Shown: positions 12,125 through 25,900 of the stretch, in pieces
Numbering within the stretch: position 1 is the stretch's first letter
Layout of the letters: every line of letters begins with the position of its first letter
Assembly: GCF_009834535.1 (NCBI RefSeq)
Contig: NC_045698.1
Coordinates: 12,030,001-12,094,000 of the forward strand
DNA length: 64,000 bases
Direction of reading: 5' to 3'
From: Camelus ferus
Lineage: Eukaryota
Program-made: the position numbers and the translations under genes
Notes under the pieces: model-generated
Told to the model about the DNA's origin: nothing
What the model saw: the letters and a program-made list of their open reading frames with translations, nothing else
Databases searched by the model: none

Positions 12125-12215
12125 TAGCTCCTGTCACCCACTAGCTGTGGTACACCAGAGCTGCCTCTGACTTGCTCATGAAAAAAACTCTTAACATCTC
12201 TTCCCACACCATGCT

Positions 12216-12338
12216 CAGTGCTGTGAAGGAGTTTGTTTGCAATCAGCCGTGGCATGGAAATTGGCAAAAGCTGCAAATCAACAACCTATCCCCTGCCCAC
12301 CCAGAGCCAGCTGTTACATATGTACCCACACACCAGTG
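12216..12338. mobile_element. MER63-like hAT relic
   Basis: ggaaattggcaaaagctgcaaatc...agagccagctgttacatatgtacccacacaccagtg. Confidence 0.5.
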
Positions 12339-12359
12339 ACTGCTAGATACCCTGACCTG

Positions 12360-12714
12360 TGTTCAATTAGTTAAATAAGGAGGCCGTTAGATCGAGGTGG
12401 TTCTAACCTTAGAAGCCAGCGTAAGCAAAGCAAAACCTGAGCCCATAAATGCCGCAAGGTTAAGAAACCGAAAGATAAGGACAATCCATCACAAACAGCC
12501 AGCCAGGGTTTCCCAAGTACGGGCAGCCACAGAGGACACAGCCAATCGAATGATTTTCTTGCTTTGCTTCCGAGCTTTCTCTATAAACGTCTTGCCCCTG
12601 GCTCCAGTCAGTGGAGCATCCTACCCTCTCTTCTGGTTTGGTGCCACCAGATTCAAACTGATTTCTGCTCAATATACCTTTAAAGTTTTTAGCATGCCTG
12701 TTTATCTTTCAATA
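12360..12714 (+). mobile_element. MER34-like ERV1 solo LTR
   Basis: Starts tgttcaattagttaaataaggaggcc, ends tgctcaatatacctttaaagtttttagcatgcctgtttatctttcaata. Confidence 0.6.
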
Positions 12715-13389
12715 CTTGGAAGTCCCACAAATATCTCCAAAAACGAGTCCAGAGCAGATGCACCGTCTCTTAGAAACCTGTTCTTCCCTTATCCTCCCCT
12801 ATTTCGTCTCTTTTTCTTTCTTTGGGAAAAAATAATTTCTCACATCACTCTCAATCCCACGTTCTGAGGCATTTTCTTCATAGAATTTAGCAGTATCTCA
12901 GTTGATCTTCACTACTTGCTGACACATCACTATCTGAATCCCTCCCTCCCACGAGAAGGTACACAGGGACCTTATCTTCTTGTTCATTATCATCTCCCAA
13001 CAATTGTACAGAGCGTGGTAGAGCTAGCTCCTAGAACAGCTCATACGCCTATTATTTAAGGGTGATATTCTTAGTTAATATTAATTACATCAGTAAGTGA
13101 AGAAATGCTCCAAATGGTCAACATAGGCAAAAACATGGGAGCTATATTCATGCTTCCCTCTTCCTCACCAGCCGGAGAAGACACTCACCAAGTGCCACCA
13201 ACTCTCACACACTGAGCTGTCTTTGTAACCACTCTTGTGACTGTGCCTGCTGTGGTTGCTGTCTTCATTCCGTCCAGTATCATCTGTTTCCCATGCTAGG
13301 GGCCACCAAACGTTTGTGCTCAAGCACCCCAGCTGGATACACTATCCAACAATATTGTGCATTTATAAATTACACACATATATATTTTC

Positions 13390-13930
13390 AGAGTACATAT
13401 ATGACTTGAAAATACTTTATGTACTTCATAAATCATACATAAAAGAAAAACATGTAGAGAGAAAATAAATACAAGTATACTTTATAATTGCAAAAGAAAA
13501 AAGACCCTAGAGGTCTATCAATGAGAGGTTAATTAAATCATGGTGCAAAGAAATCCTACGCTAAAAAGGATGAGACATATTATAAAAGTCTTTCCATTAT
13601 ATAGCTAGCTTTAAAAAAAAAAGAGACTAGAAAACAAAATGCAAAGTATCCCACTGATGTAAAAATATACATTTATTATACACGGATGAAAATAATCTGA
13701 ACAAAGATAGGTCTGAAGAAAGGGGAAATAGGACAAGAGGAAGTGGGGGAAGGGGGAGGGGAAGGGAAAGTGCTTCAAAGGGTCTACACAGAGGCATTAA
13801 TTGTGGTTTTCTTTTCTGGCTTAAGAAAATAATGAATATTTTCTATTCTATTCTTTTTGCCTGTCTCTATTTTCTACTTTTCAGCAACAAATACAAATTA
13901 CTCTTATGAGAAAAAAAAGTTCTTAAAACA
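13390..13930 (+). mobile_element. Ancient L1 (L1ME-like) 3' relic
   Basis: A-rich degenerate L1 3'UTR-like motifs. Confidence 0.35.
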
Positions 13931-14589
13931 TGAAAAAGAAAAAAGGTTACTTTTAAATGGAAGGGGAAAACTTTCTGTGGCTTCCTGTCACAAAAGGGAA
14001 AAAATAAAAAAACCCTCTATTCTTTCACTTGGGAAACAAGGTCTTCAGGAGCGCATGCTGCCCCCGGCGGGCTCAGGATTTTTTCCCTCAAGCCAGACCA
14101 GGAAGAGCTTCCGTCTTCAAGGAGCTGACCGCTTGGAAGAAGAAGACATGTGCTGGCTGAAAGAATGAGAGAAAGAAAGCAGGAGCCAGCCCTCCCTCCA
14201 CCCACTGACTGGAGAGGGTAAGAACCTCCCATACCCGACCAAAGACTCCCGGTGTCGCCAACACAGAATTTGTTTCTCGTGAAAATTCACAGTGTACATG
14301 ATGCATTTTGCAAAAGTGGAATAAGGGTGTAAACTAGTGGAAACCCAGAGCTGCACAGGATACAGCTGGAAAACTATGACCGAGATCATCTGGATGGTCA
14401 GTCTTCTTCTTATTAATAATTAGTATCAGCCCAGTTACCCATTTTAGCCTTTTATCTTTTTTAAGCTTAGTGTTATGGAGAGTTTTCCTCAAATTTATTT
14501 TCATCCAAACACAGCTGGCACTCTAAAACCAACACAGAGTCTCTGAAGTCCTGCCAGCTTTCTGGTCAACCTCCTCCCTCCTTTTCCTG

Positions 14590-14727
14590 CAGGTACCACC
14601 ATAGCCACCCTACTTTCCAGCCCGGGACAGTCCCCGGTTGCATCTCTTGTCCTGGTATAATTAATAACAGACTCTTTTCACTCTCATCCGTGTACCCCAT
14701 TTAGGCCATCAATTGTAGGATAACCCA
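14590..14727. mobile_element. MER94-like hAT-Blackjack relic
   Basis: gcccgggacagtccccggtt...tgtcctggtataattaataacag...cttttcactctca. Confidence 0.55.
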
Positions 14728-15261
14728 ATATATTACCAATTTCTTACCCTTATTTGTCAGAACTTCCATTTTGCTAATTTATGCTGGATTGTTGTTTTGA
14801 TTATCACATAATTTATTATGGTCTCAGCAGGTACCCTCAGATGGAGCCAGATCTTTGCCACAGATGATTCTGTTTAGTTAGTGAGTGCTTCTCATACCTT
14901 CCAATCCAGTCCACGCCACATCCATCATCTGAATGGCCATCATGAATTGAACTATGTCCCCCCTTTAAAAAGATACTGATGGAGCAAACTTGTCTGGAAA
15001 GTGTGGTTTGGACACTTATGGATGCAGCCGCCCCAGGGATGCTGGAGAAGCCAGCCAGCCTGGTGGAGGTGAAAAGGCCCAGAGAGGAAGGACCAAAATA
15101 TGGGAGAAGAGTCAGCAAACGGCAGAAGGGGAAAGGGGGTGAAGGAGTGGGAAGAAGTGGGGGGCAGAGGCTAGCAGGCAGCACCAAGAAAGACACAGCA
15201 TCCTCCAAGTGATGTGTCCTGTGACAGCCACGTCTTTGTCACGCTGATCTCTGTGTATGTG

Positions 15262-15435
15262 TATTTTTTAAACAGAAGTATAGTTGATTTACAATGTTAA
15301 GTTAGTTTCTGGTGTACAGCAAAGTGATTCAGTTACACATATACACAGTCTTTTTCAGATTCTTTTCCGTTATAGGTTATTACAAGACATTGAATAGAGT
15401 TCCCTGTGCCCTACTGTAGGTCCTTGTTTCTTATG
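15262..15435 (-). mobile_element. L1 3' end (laurasiatherian/artiodactyl type)
   Basis: gaagtatagttgatttacaatgtt...ttctggtgtacagcaaagtgattcagtt...ttataggttattacaagac. Confidence 0.8.
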
Positions 15436-16603
15436 TTTCCTAATGAAAGATCATTACATATTGTTAAATTTTTAATTGTGATACTTAGGAGTTAAGGACC
15501 CCCTGAATCCACAAAGCAAAGTGTACACCCTGCAAATAACCCACTTGCCGACTTATTCAGTGGGTTCACAGTGGGGTCACAGCGGGTGGAGGGGAGCAGG
15601 AAGGGACAGGGAACCCGGAGCACAGGAGTAGCCTCGGGAAATGTGGGGAGGAAGAGGCCATCTGGCAACGGCTTAAGGAAGCGAGGAGGAAAGGGCTCCG
15701 TGAAACAAGCCAGGTGTTCGGACCTCAGGAGTCACATCACCCGACGTCACTGGCTTGGTCTGTGTGTCTTGCATCCACTGAGACCCATTTCACTGCACTG
15801 CACAGGGTCTCTACAGACTTGTCTGAGACCCATGTCCGAGGGCCTGTTGTCACTGGTGACCGGTCTCACTCCCACCGGCCCTCATGCCTTCTCTCCTCAA
15901 AACGCTGTTGACATGCCTCCATATCAAGGGGATTTCTCTCTCTCTTTTTACCTCTTCTCCCTCTCATCCTTCCTAACCCCCTCTCACCACCCACCTTCCC
16001 CCAAAAATCTATAAAAGTCCAGCAAGAGTATAGACACTGGTAGACATCAAATTCCCAAGGTGCCAAACGTCACGCTTCCCTCCACAGAATAATCCTGAAC
16101 AATGATAATCCTGTTTCTGAACAATCTTGCTTGCTTGCTTGATTTAAAGCTCTCTTCTAAGGCTCCCTGTGTATTTCAGGGGTGGAGGTCCTTGACAGAG
16201 AATCTGTGGTTCCAAGAAAGTGAGAACAAATGGCCGCAGCAGAGGAAGAAGTCGGGCCGATCTCACTGCTCTCAGTAAACATAAGGAAATGGAAAATTTC
16301 TAAGGCCACGGATCGTGGAGACAGAGGTCTTTGTGGACGGCAAAGACCGGAGGGACTCAAACAAGAGCGGCAGGCAGCTCAAACCGAACCTTATCTCTTT
16401 CACTTAAAAATACAGGGCAAAACAGAGGGCAACCTTAGCCTAGGTTTACCTGCGGATTATGTAATACTTTTGTTATATGTTAATCTTCCTTATCACATGT
16501 TGCTTATGTCTGTGTTAAAAAGTATCTTTTCATTCCTTAAATAGCACCTGATAAGATGCTTCTTGGCTATCCATTTACCCAGTGTTTTGTGGAGAAGCCA
16601 AAC

Positions 16604-17185
16604 TGAAATGGAGACTTTCCAGCTCAACAACCCCGAAATAGTTAATCATTATTAGTTTTAGGGTAAGGGTCCAGGGACCAGAATGCCTCTTCCTAGTCCT
16701 GTATCGCCATGCGTCATCTGATCCCCTTGTGGCCTTGGCTGGCTGCGCTCACCCTGCTGCCCCGGCCTCGGGGAGGGGTGGGAGATCTCGGACACTACGA
16801 GGACCTCCCCTCCAGGGAACAGGGTTTCCGGGAATGTGCTCCCGGCCTGCTAATACCCTGCAGCCTCGAGGCAGTTTTGAAGAGGAACCAGCCCCGTCAG
16901 GAGCATTTGCTGCAAGAGACGCTGGGTTATCTGCCGATCCTGGTCTGTGGGAAAGAAGCCTTAACTTAAGAGACCTCGTCACGGCTTTCCTGTAGGACAG
17001 AGCCCTCCAGTGACCCAGTGGACCAGTGTCTCCTTACTGCCCCAACCACCGTCTGACCGTCAGATAATAAACTGTGTGGCTTCTCTCCCTCGGGCACCTC
17101 AAGATTCCAAGTAAGACACGAGCAGCGATGTGAAGCTGTCCGTGAGTGAGTTCATTTCTAGCGGGGTCTGAGTAAAACTCTTTCA
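16604..17185 (+). mobile_element. Possible solo LTR, family unidentified
   Basis: TGAAA...TTTCA termini, internal AATAAA near 17067; no TSD seen. Confidence 0.3.
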
Positions 17186-17364
17186 ATGACTAGCAGAAAG
17201 CAATGAGCTTTAGAAAAACAGAGCAAAACAAATCCAAAACGTGACCCATAAAGAGCCTAAGAAGAGAAACTGGGCCATTAAGAGGGACAGGGTTATCTCT
17301 GAGTTCCTGCCTCCACAATTCCTTATGTACCCAGCACCTCTCCCCTATAAGAATAACAGGCTTG

Positions 17365-18240
17365 TTTTATTTTAATAAACGTTTTTATTCTGGAATGGTT
17401 TTAGGTTTTCAGAAGAGTTGCAAGGACAGCACACAGAGCCCCCGGATAACCCTCACTTTGTCTCCCCTGGGCTAACATAACATACATAACAGCATATACG
17501 TTACCACCACACACTGGTCAAAACTAAAAACCAACACTGGTAAATTACTATGAACTAAACTCCAGACTTTATTTGTACGTTTTCCCACAAACGTCCTGTT
17601 CTCTTCCCGGATCCCACCCAGGGCACCACGGTCATATGTCCTCAGCCGTCAAATGTCCTCAATCTCCCTGGTCTGTGAGAGTTGCTCCCTCTTTCCTCGG
17701 TTCCATACCTCACAGTTTTGAGGGGCATTTTGTAGATATCGGTTATTTTGCAGAATGTCCCTCAGTGTGGTTTTGTCTGATGTTTTTCTCATGATTAGAT
17801 TGAGATTATGGGTTTGGGTCAAACGACCGCAGAGGAGAACGGCCCTTCTCATCACGTCGGGGGCTCCGTGCTGTCTACAGGACTTCTCGCTGATGAGGTT
17901 CACCTGCATAACAGAGTGTCTGCTCGGTTTTTCTATCGCCACGTTATTGTTTCTCCCTTTCCCTACTCTACTCTTTGAAGGCAAATCTAAGTCCAACCCA
18001 TGTTCAAGGGGGAAGGGAGGTGGTACACAGGGACCCAGCTCTGCCCCTTGAATGTGGGAGCAACACTATATATTATTCAGAATTCTTCTGTAAGGAAGAT
18101 CTGTCACTCCTCTCTCCTCATTGACTTATTTATTCAGTCACTTATATCAATAAGGTCTTAAGTGGACTCATAAGAACTTAGAGTTTGGATTATAACCCAG
18201 GGCTCTAGCATTGATTTTGTTGCTCAAATTGTTCCAGCCG
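17365..18240 (-). mobile_element. L1MC-like 3' region
   Basis: ttttattctggaatggttttaggttttcagaagagttgcaagg...attttgcagaatgtccctcagtgtgg...catgattagattgagattatggg. Confidence 0.7.
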
Positions 18241-19771
18241 CCAACTCTGCTCACCCTGCTGGCTCCAAGGGCTCCTCCTCCAACCCTTTAAGAGACCTGA
18301 CCTGGAGAGGCTACCTCTCTGCTCTCTTGGCACAACTCCACTCACCTGGCCCAACCCTGGCTCCCACTCTAGAGCTGAGCTTGGAGTTAACCAGCGGGCA
18401 CCCAGTCCCCTCCAAGATCGTCTCGCTCCCCTCCCACCCGGCGTCATCACCAAAGGGCAACACCAGGACTGAACTCAGAAGCCAGAGGTGGGCTGACACT
18501 TGGGCGCAAAGGCCATGGATGTGTGCCAGGTGGGGCGCTGCGTGCGGCCCTCCTCAGGGTGCCAGATGCCGTGAGGCGTGTCCTGGGAGAGGAACTGTCT
18601 GCCCACAGGAGCTGCCGCCAGTGTGTTCTTGTGAAAGCACGATAACCTGCCATTTTTTCCCTCACTCTGATCAGATTTCCAGGTTTGAAACCAAGTTCAG
18701 ATTTCCCTTCCACGTGTGCCACGCGTCCTTAACGTTTCATGTTTCTTTCCTATTTTGAGTCTAGAGGAAGTCCACGGTTTGAAAATGGAAACGAGTCTTG
18801 GCTGCTTCACCTGCACCCACTTTTAGCATCAAACCATGGCAACGTCACACACACAGCTCATCACCAGTGTTCAGAGTGGATTCACGCCGCCAGACGCTAC
18901 TTTCAGTCTGCTTATTTATAACCAAGGTGAATTTCTCCATCAAATTTGACTTTACATTTTTTTCATATGACAATGAAATCCTAAGTTGTACTGAAAACCA
19001 GAGCGGGCAATGACGGTTTAAGACATGTCCTTGTCTTGAATTTTACAAGCAGTAAAAATTTCAACATGGCCCGTGTCAGGAGCCATGAAAGACGCCAGGA
19101 ACAACATGTGTTTCCACACCATCTGCGGAGGGACAGGCAAGAGGGGACACTGTGTTTATGTGTGTCTTCCAGGATGAATGGGACCCCTTCTCTTGCCATG
19201 AAAGTGCCACTGCGTTCATGGAAGATTCCAGAGAGTCTCCCTGACAGTGAGAAACAGCTGTTCCTAACAGCACAGAGTTACAAACCCTACAGGCAAAACT
19301 GAGGCTCCGCTTGGTGGTGTCAGCCTGAGAAACAGGCTTCCAAGGCTGAGATCCTGCCTCCCTCGGCCCTGCGTGTCCCTCCAAACAGGCACGTTCCTTT
19401 AAAATCTGCTTTGCTTCCTTTCGCTTGAAATTATCCCTCCAAAAGAAGATGTGGTCACGCATTTGTGGTCTTACCAAATCTGCCCTATACCAGAGCTGTA
19501 CATTCAATTTCTTTATTTTGAATAGGAAGAACGGCTGAAATGACTTCCATCAGTGCTGGTTTGGGAAGCTTTTAGATGTCACAGAGGTTACCGGTTAGGA
19601 AAAAAATAAAAACAAGACTAATTAAAGAGAAGGACATTTATCACAGATTTCATAATTACTCGTGGGTGTGTGGCTTCACTACTGAAGGGGCTGTGTTACT
19701 ATAAAATAAACTTTGCAAAAGTTTCTTCTAAAAGCAATATACTCAGTAGTCGTGTGATGAAGATTGATCAA

Positions 19772-20120
19772 TGTGGTTTTCCAGAGGTGGAGGTCGTGGG
19801 GGGGGACTGGGGAAAGGTGGTCAAAAGGTACAAACTTCCAGTTATAAGGTAAGTTCTGGGGATGTGAGGTACAGCACGGTGACCCGAGTTAATAATACTG
19901 TACTGTGTATTTGAAAGTTGCTAAGAGAGTAGATTTTAAAAGTTCTCATCACAAGAAAAAAAATCTAACTCTGTATGGTAATGGATGTTAACTAGACATT
20001 GTGGTTATCTCTTTGCAGTATATATATCAGATCATTAAGTTATACACCTGAACCTCATACAATGTTATATGTGAATTACATCTCAATAAAACTGGAGGGG
20101 AGATAAAACGAGGGGGAAAA
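19772..20120 (+). mobile_element. L1MA-like 3' end
   Basis: aaaggtacaaacttccagttataag...ctcaataaaactgg; TSD AAGATTGAT(C/T)AA at 19760-19771 and 20121-20132. Confidence 0.85.
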
Positions 20121-20860
20121 AAGATTGATTAAATTAGCTGTTTATAGCTTGATACAACTTCCAGTGATTCTGCTTTTATTAAAGTCCTCCATCATAAATT
20201 AGGAATGAGGATTACTTGCTCTGGAAAATGCATCAGGCTCAAAAAGTGGCCCTAGTTTTAATAAAACTGACACAAAGGGAGACCAGGAGAAGCAGTATTT
20301 TAAAACTAATATGTAAGTAAGATGTGATTTTATATGTATATCTACAGAACTGAATCAGCTAACAGTGATTTTGCAGTGGTTACAATTAGTACAAGTAGAA
20401 AATTGGGCCCTTTAAGTTTATATTCCAGGAAGCCTATATAGTCAAGGTGGCCAAACGCTTTTCCTGGATCTTGGTGAGGGAGAGGAGGGCCGGCACCATA
20501 CATTCGAGGTTCATGTATGTCGGGTACGAACTGATTTCCAAGGAGAATGGTAAGTCACCAAAATAGTCAGCTCTGGCCGCTATGTGGAGACCTGCTCTTC
20601 AGGGTCAGGAGAAGGTCTGGGGGTCAGTTAGGGGTAAGATCTGGCCCAGGTCCAAGAGGATGACAGAGTATGGGGGGGGGGGAGGTCAGGGCCACATGCT
20701 GGATTCGGGGCCCAGTGTGTTTACTGATGGATTAAATGCGTGGAATAGGAACATGGTGAAACCACACAGGACTTCAGTCTTCTCACCTGAACTCCACACA
20801 GTCCTTAAAAGCACATTTTTGAAGACCATCTAATGGCCTGGGATGCCTGACATATTAAAA

Positions 20861-21057
20861 CAGGTTGGAAAACTTTTCTGCAAATGGTCCCATAGTAAAT
20901 ATCACCAACTTTGTAGGGCACATGGTCTCTGTCACAGTTAATCAACCCCACTGCTGCCGCCCAGACAACACGTACACGAATGAATGCGGGCCAACCTCTC
21001 TGTATCTTGTGCAGACACACACACACAGACCACAAGCTATAAACGTGTGCTGCCTGC
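20861..21057. mobile_element. MER58A-like hAT-Charlie relic
   Basis: caggttggaaaacttttctgcaaatggtcccatagtaaatat...ggtctctgtcacagtt. Confidence 0.65.
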
Positions 21058-21949
21058 AACTGATTAAAGAAAAGTATCTGGAAGAAACAGTGGAGCCCCA
21101 TATTAACAGTGATTATCTCTAAGGTCCTTGTTTTCTTTTGTGTACTTTAAGTATTTTCAAAAATTTCCCCCTAAATGTGTTCCTTTTGTAATCAGAGAAA
21201 ATGCACCAAAAAAAAAAAAAAAGTGTGGAATTCTACCTTTAGAAATCTAAAAATGAAAACAAAGTTGGGATTCTGTGTTTTGGTGTCTTGATTATCCTTT
21301 TGAATGGAAATTATCTGCTACAAAAATACTTAAGGAAAAAGGTCATCAGTAAATAAATTCTAAATCGGTGGTTGACAAGAAAATAAGCTGTCATGCTTCC
21401 TAGAACTGGAGAGTCTGTGTGAGGAATGGAGAAGGCTGTTTTTTTTATTGCATTGGCTGAGTTTCTGGAAAAGATTGTATCTTGAATTAGCAGCTTGACT
21501 GTTTGCTATCCGGATAAACACTGTGTCGCTATGACTGAAATTGTCCCGCCATGTGGGTCACCCTGTCATATAATTAGCCTCTTACCGTATCAGATGCAAA
21601 TCAAACCAGCAGCAGTCGCTGTTAATTCAGTAATTTAGCAAACCAGAGACACTCTTTTCATGGTGGATCCACATCTGATTTGATAGCATCGCCGTCCCAC
21701 CGAAGACGGCGGGAGCACTGTTTGGTGGCGTTACTCAACAGCAAGCAGAAACTTGGAGTACATCAAACATCTTAAGGAATGCCCAGCTATCTTAGCTACT
21801 CTTTTTTAATGTCATTGATTGCATCACTGTGCATCTTGTCAGTCCACAAGCCGTGGAACTGGGTAGAGGGTGAGATTTAACCACTGAGTATCCTTAAGTT
21901 CATGGAGACCGTACTCAAGCTCTCCCGTTCACGTTATCCTGCACGTGGT

Positions 21950-22108
21950 CGGGTTCATTGTCTCTGATCATCAGATACCGTTCTCCTTGCATGGAGCTCC
22001 TCTTCCCCTCTGCTCACTCCTCCTTTTCCTCCTTTCCAGGTGTTGATCCAAACAAACATGCTGCAGCTCATCTCCATCTCACGTCCACTTTCAGGAAACC
22101 CACCCAGG
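21950..22108 (+). mobile_element. ERVL LTR16-like 3' fragment
   Basis: ttccaggtgttgatcc...catctccatctcacgtccactttcaggaaacccacc. Confidence 0.4.
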
Positions 22109-22284
22109 CTGCCATCCTCTCCTCTGTTGCCAAATGTTATTCACTTCTCAATGCGATTGTAACTCCTGGCCTAAGCAATAAACCACTAACGGGCCGCCTC
22201 TGGTGTCCTGTCCTCTCACTGCTGGCACACGGCCTGGGCTCCCAGGGGCAGTTCTGCCAAGAGACCACAGCAGAGAGCCTGCGT

Positions 22285-22440
22285 GGGTTCTGATACTGGC
22301 TCGACCCGCCAGCTGTGTGAGCTCGGGCAAGTTACCTAACCTCTCTGTGCCTGTTTCCTCGTCTGTGAAATGGGCATCATAACAGTACTTCGTAACAGGT
22401 GCTGTGAAGACTTAACGCATATGTAAATGTTGTAAAGTGG
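22285..22440 (+). mobile_element. MIR SINE
   Basis: agctgtgtgagctcgggcaagttacctaacctctctgtgcctgtttcctcgtctgtgaaatggg. Confidence 0.8.
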
Positions 22441-22749
22441 ATTAGATCAAGTGTATAAGATGAAACGAGAATGTTGTCATGTGCAAAACCCTGAGAACAG
22501 GGCAAGCACTTCGACTGTCCTACTTCTGTGTTTGTTTTAAAAAAAAAAATACAAGAGACAGACAGAGATTCAATCTTACCTCTTCCACGGTGCTCTCTCC
22601 AATCACAATGATCTCTCCTTTCTCTGTCAGCAGAATACCAGTGTAAGGAATACATGAAACTAATTTTTTTAGATTTCCTACTCTTTCATTTTTGATCTTT
22701 AATTACTGCTGGCCAGTTCACCTCTTGAAGAAAGATAAAAATAACTGCA

Positions 22750-22935
22750 CCAAGGAGTGCTTACTAGGTACCCAGTGCTCTATATTAGTTATTTCACATA
22801 ATCCTTGAAACTTCTTGGGGAAGGTGTTGTTCGAACCCCTTTCGCAGATGAAGAGACTGAGGTTGAAAGGCAAAGCATCTTGCCCAAGGCCACAGGGCTG
22901 GCGAACGGCTGAGCCAGGGCTACGTTTTTCTTCTG
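22750..22935 (-). mobile_element. MIR SINE
   Basis: ttcgcagatgaagagactgaggttga...cttgcccaaggccacag. Confidence 0.65.
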
Positions 22936-25900
22936 TTGACTCACCCACTGCTCAGAGCATAGTTCTAGACTTGTCACACGTGCTTGTTAATTTCATAGTT
23001 TGGTTAAATGGCTGATTCATTTAATAACAGTTCATGGACGGCAACTGCAGGCCAGACATCAACAGGAGGGCAAAGATTAGACATGCTCTCTGTTATCACC
23101 AAGGTCACGTCTGGCGGAGAACACAGACGACTCAACAAGCAGTTACCAGGCAGTGTGAGAGGCGTGGTGATGACAGGGAAAGTACCAGAGATACGAGAGG
23201 CCCACCATGAGCACGGGATGCATGCGTGGGGTCTGCGGCCAGCAGACAGGGCTTCCCCGGGAAGAAATGTTTCAGTGATGTTAAAGGCCTGGCTGGGGTT
23301 GGGAGTGGGGAGAACTGCGGGTGGAAGCAAGACGACCCCTGGTGCTGTGGCTGGGGACCGGGAAGGGGGCGTGGCGAGAGAGAGCTGCAGGGGGGATACG
23401 CGGTCCCCGAAGCATTAAGCAGGATTTCTTTTAACAAATTAGGCGGCAGACAGCTCTGAACCAGGCTTCCCTTTACAGCGTGTGCAGCGAGCAAACCGAC
23501 TGGGAAGGTTTCCGCGTGCTCCTCCTCCAATTGCAGGGTTCCTTTACACCAGAGGAAGCGGCATCCTGAGCACAGCATCAGGGGGCCGTCGGCCCTTCCG
23601 GGGCCCTGCTGACCTGTGAAGGATGCTGGGATGGAGGGAATGGACCGTGTCCTCCTCGGCCTTGGAAACCTTCTTTTAAAAGCAGACACAGGAAGGCAGA
23701 CCCTGAGACCAAGCAGTGCGTCCTGATACCCAGTGGAGACCTGGTGACGCTGAACGTCAGTAGCGTGTCTGTCACTCAGGTCTGTGGGTATCAGGCTGCT
23801 GATGTGGTTTTCCAGAACATCAGGGGATTCATCTCACTCATTAGTGTTCCAAAGGTTTCCCTTTTTGTTTTATTTCCCCTTTTTGTTTCCTCGTGCTGGG
23901 CCTCCATGCAGACTAAAAGGGAAAGATGAAAGCAATTACCTAGATGCCGTTTTTAACATTTTTGCAAAGTGCACCTGGATCATTTACGTATTTCTGAAGA
24001 AACTTTTACAAATCCCCTGAACAAGAAGATAGAGGCATGAATTCTCTGCATGAAGGTACAAGGCAGAAAATTCTCCTCCAGGGGAAAGTCCTTCAAAAGG
24101 TCTGGGCAGCGAAAAAGAATGACACGTCTTCTCCACACCCACTGACTGATTCACAGTAATGAACGCTTTCCCAACAACAGTAACAAACTCCAAGCATCAG
24201 GGTGTGTTCCAAGTAGCTGAGACCTTGATTACGTGTGAGAACCGTGTTGTCTACACATGTTCTAAGACACGTGATACAAGGTACCCACTGGCCTCACGCC
24301 CTGGGAAGCGATGCTCCCTGAGGTCGTCCGGTGACCTGCACACCTGCCCCACCCGCCGGAGCGCGCGGACGCACAGAGCGGGTGGAGAGGAGCGATGGCC
24401 CTGCGGACTTCAGCCAGCCTTATCAGGGCCGAGGCAACCATGTGATAATGTGTGAATGAATCAGAAGGGGAACCCGGGGTGTTTCCACACTCACAGTAAC
24501 GTTCACACTGCATTTCCAGCCAGTTCTCACCCTCCTCTGCTGGGTGTTTACTGGCCGCTTTTCACATGAGCCTCAGAACCACCATCTTACTAATTTGCTA
24601 AGAGCAGATGCCCCGTCTGAATTATACTCAGGGACTGCTGTGATGCTAAAATATCCCTTCCAAACCCTCAAACGGCAATGTTTCCTGCTACCAACTTTCT
24701 CCTGGCAACGATGGGTTCAGGTCACTCATTCACTCATCGAGCATTTTTACTGAGCACTTATGAAGTGGCAGGCACTGCACTAGGCCCTGGGGGTGCAGGG
24801 GTGGATAAGGGAGACGTGGTCTCTGCTTCACAGAGCTCCCAGGGTGGTAGAAAAGCTGGATGTGAAACCAGTGAAGACACACACAAACTTGCAAGAGAGC
24901 CACTTTTTAAGAGCTACAAGAAGCTGGGTCCTAATGAGGGAGAATTTAAACCAGACCGTCTACATCGCATTTCCTTTCTTTCCCCTTCTCGCTCTCAGAT
25001 GTCCACACGTGTGTTTTCAGTCAGCGTCAGTCCTGCTCCTCCTGACCTCAGCGGTGCCAAGTGCAGGGAGTACCCCCACAGGACCGGAGTTGTAGGTTTG
25101 GGATGCACGCAGCTGCAGCTTTGGGGGTTGACAGAGGAGCTGTCTGCTCCGTGTAGGTGCTGATCTAAAATTGCACAGAAGCACGCGAGAGCTTTATGAG
25201 TCCTTCTATGTCCTCTGTGCCCACCCCCACACCCACCCACTGCATGTCTCTTGCTCTCAAAATGGACCATCCCAACGCTGGGACTCATCACAGCTCTCTG
25301 ACCAGCTTTCACCGACGAAGAAGCCTGCCTCTTCCCCTGGGGGAGGCGGGGGGCTTGAAATCCTTGAGCCCTCTTGTTCACTCCCAGAGAGGGGCTCTCA
25401 CAAAATGCCCAGAAGCCAGACAGTGCTGACCAGACCCAAACTCACTCCTTTACGTCTTCAAATACGAGGAATCCAATTACTCCCAGGGGCAACGAGAGCT
25501 ATAAGGATTGTAAGTCAACCTAAGAGGATCACCGCACAAAGCACAAGTCGCCAACCTGGTCCCCCCTGGGAGCCCGGACATGCCAGCATTTCATCACACT
25601 TTAACTCCTCTCCCCAGGCGCCACCAAGACACACAGGGGACAAACCCGTCTCCCATTTCACTTCCTCAGCACTCTGATGTTTATTCCCTCAGCCCACCCA
25701 ACAGGAAATACCAACAGCACAGAGGCATCAGGGCAGGTTGGGTGGAAAACCACAGCCCACCTGGGGGGTACAACCAAAGGCACGGGGCCAATGGCACCGA
25801 AGCAGAAGGATGCCGAGATCGTGGGGGGTTTAAAAAGTAAAATTAGAGTTGGAATGTTTTATCACTAACGGGCTTCCAAGTTCATCTCGGACTCCTGCTC

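Larger units (their letters stand above)
10790..13030 (+). mobile_element. Fragmented L2 LINE interrupted by several later insertions
   Basis: Pyrimidine-rich L2 ORF2-like and 3'-end-like segments between the nested elements. Confidence 0.45.

Noticed and set aside
14029..14156. Candidate minus-strand exon with a strong acceptor
   Set aside because: Only a weak donor (CAA|gtgaaa) and no other support.
21690..21711. CGCCGTC-8 nt-GACGGCG hairpin
   Set aside because: A 7-bp stem is expected by chance; too short for a pre-miRNA.
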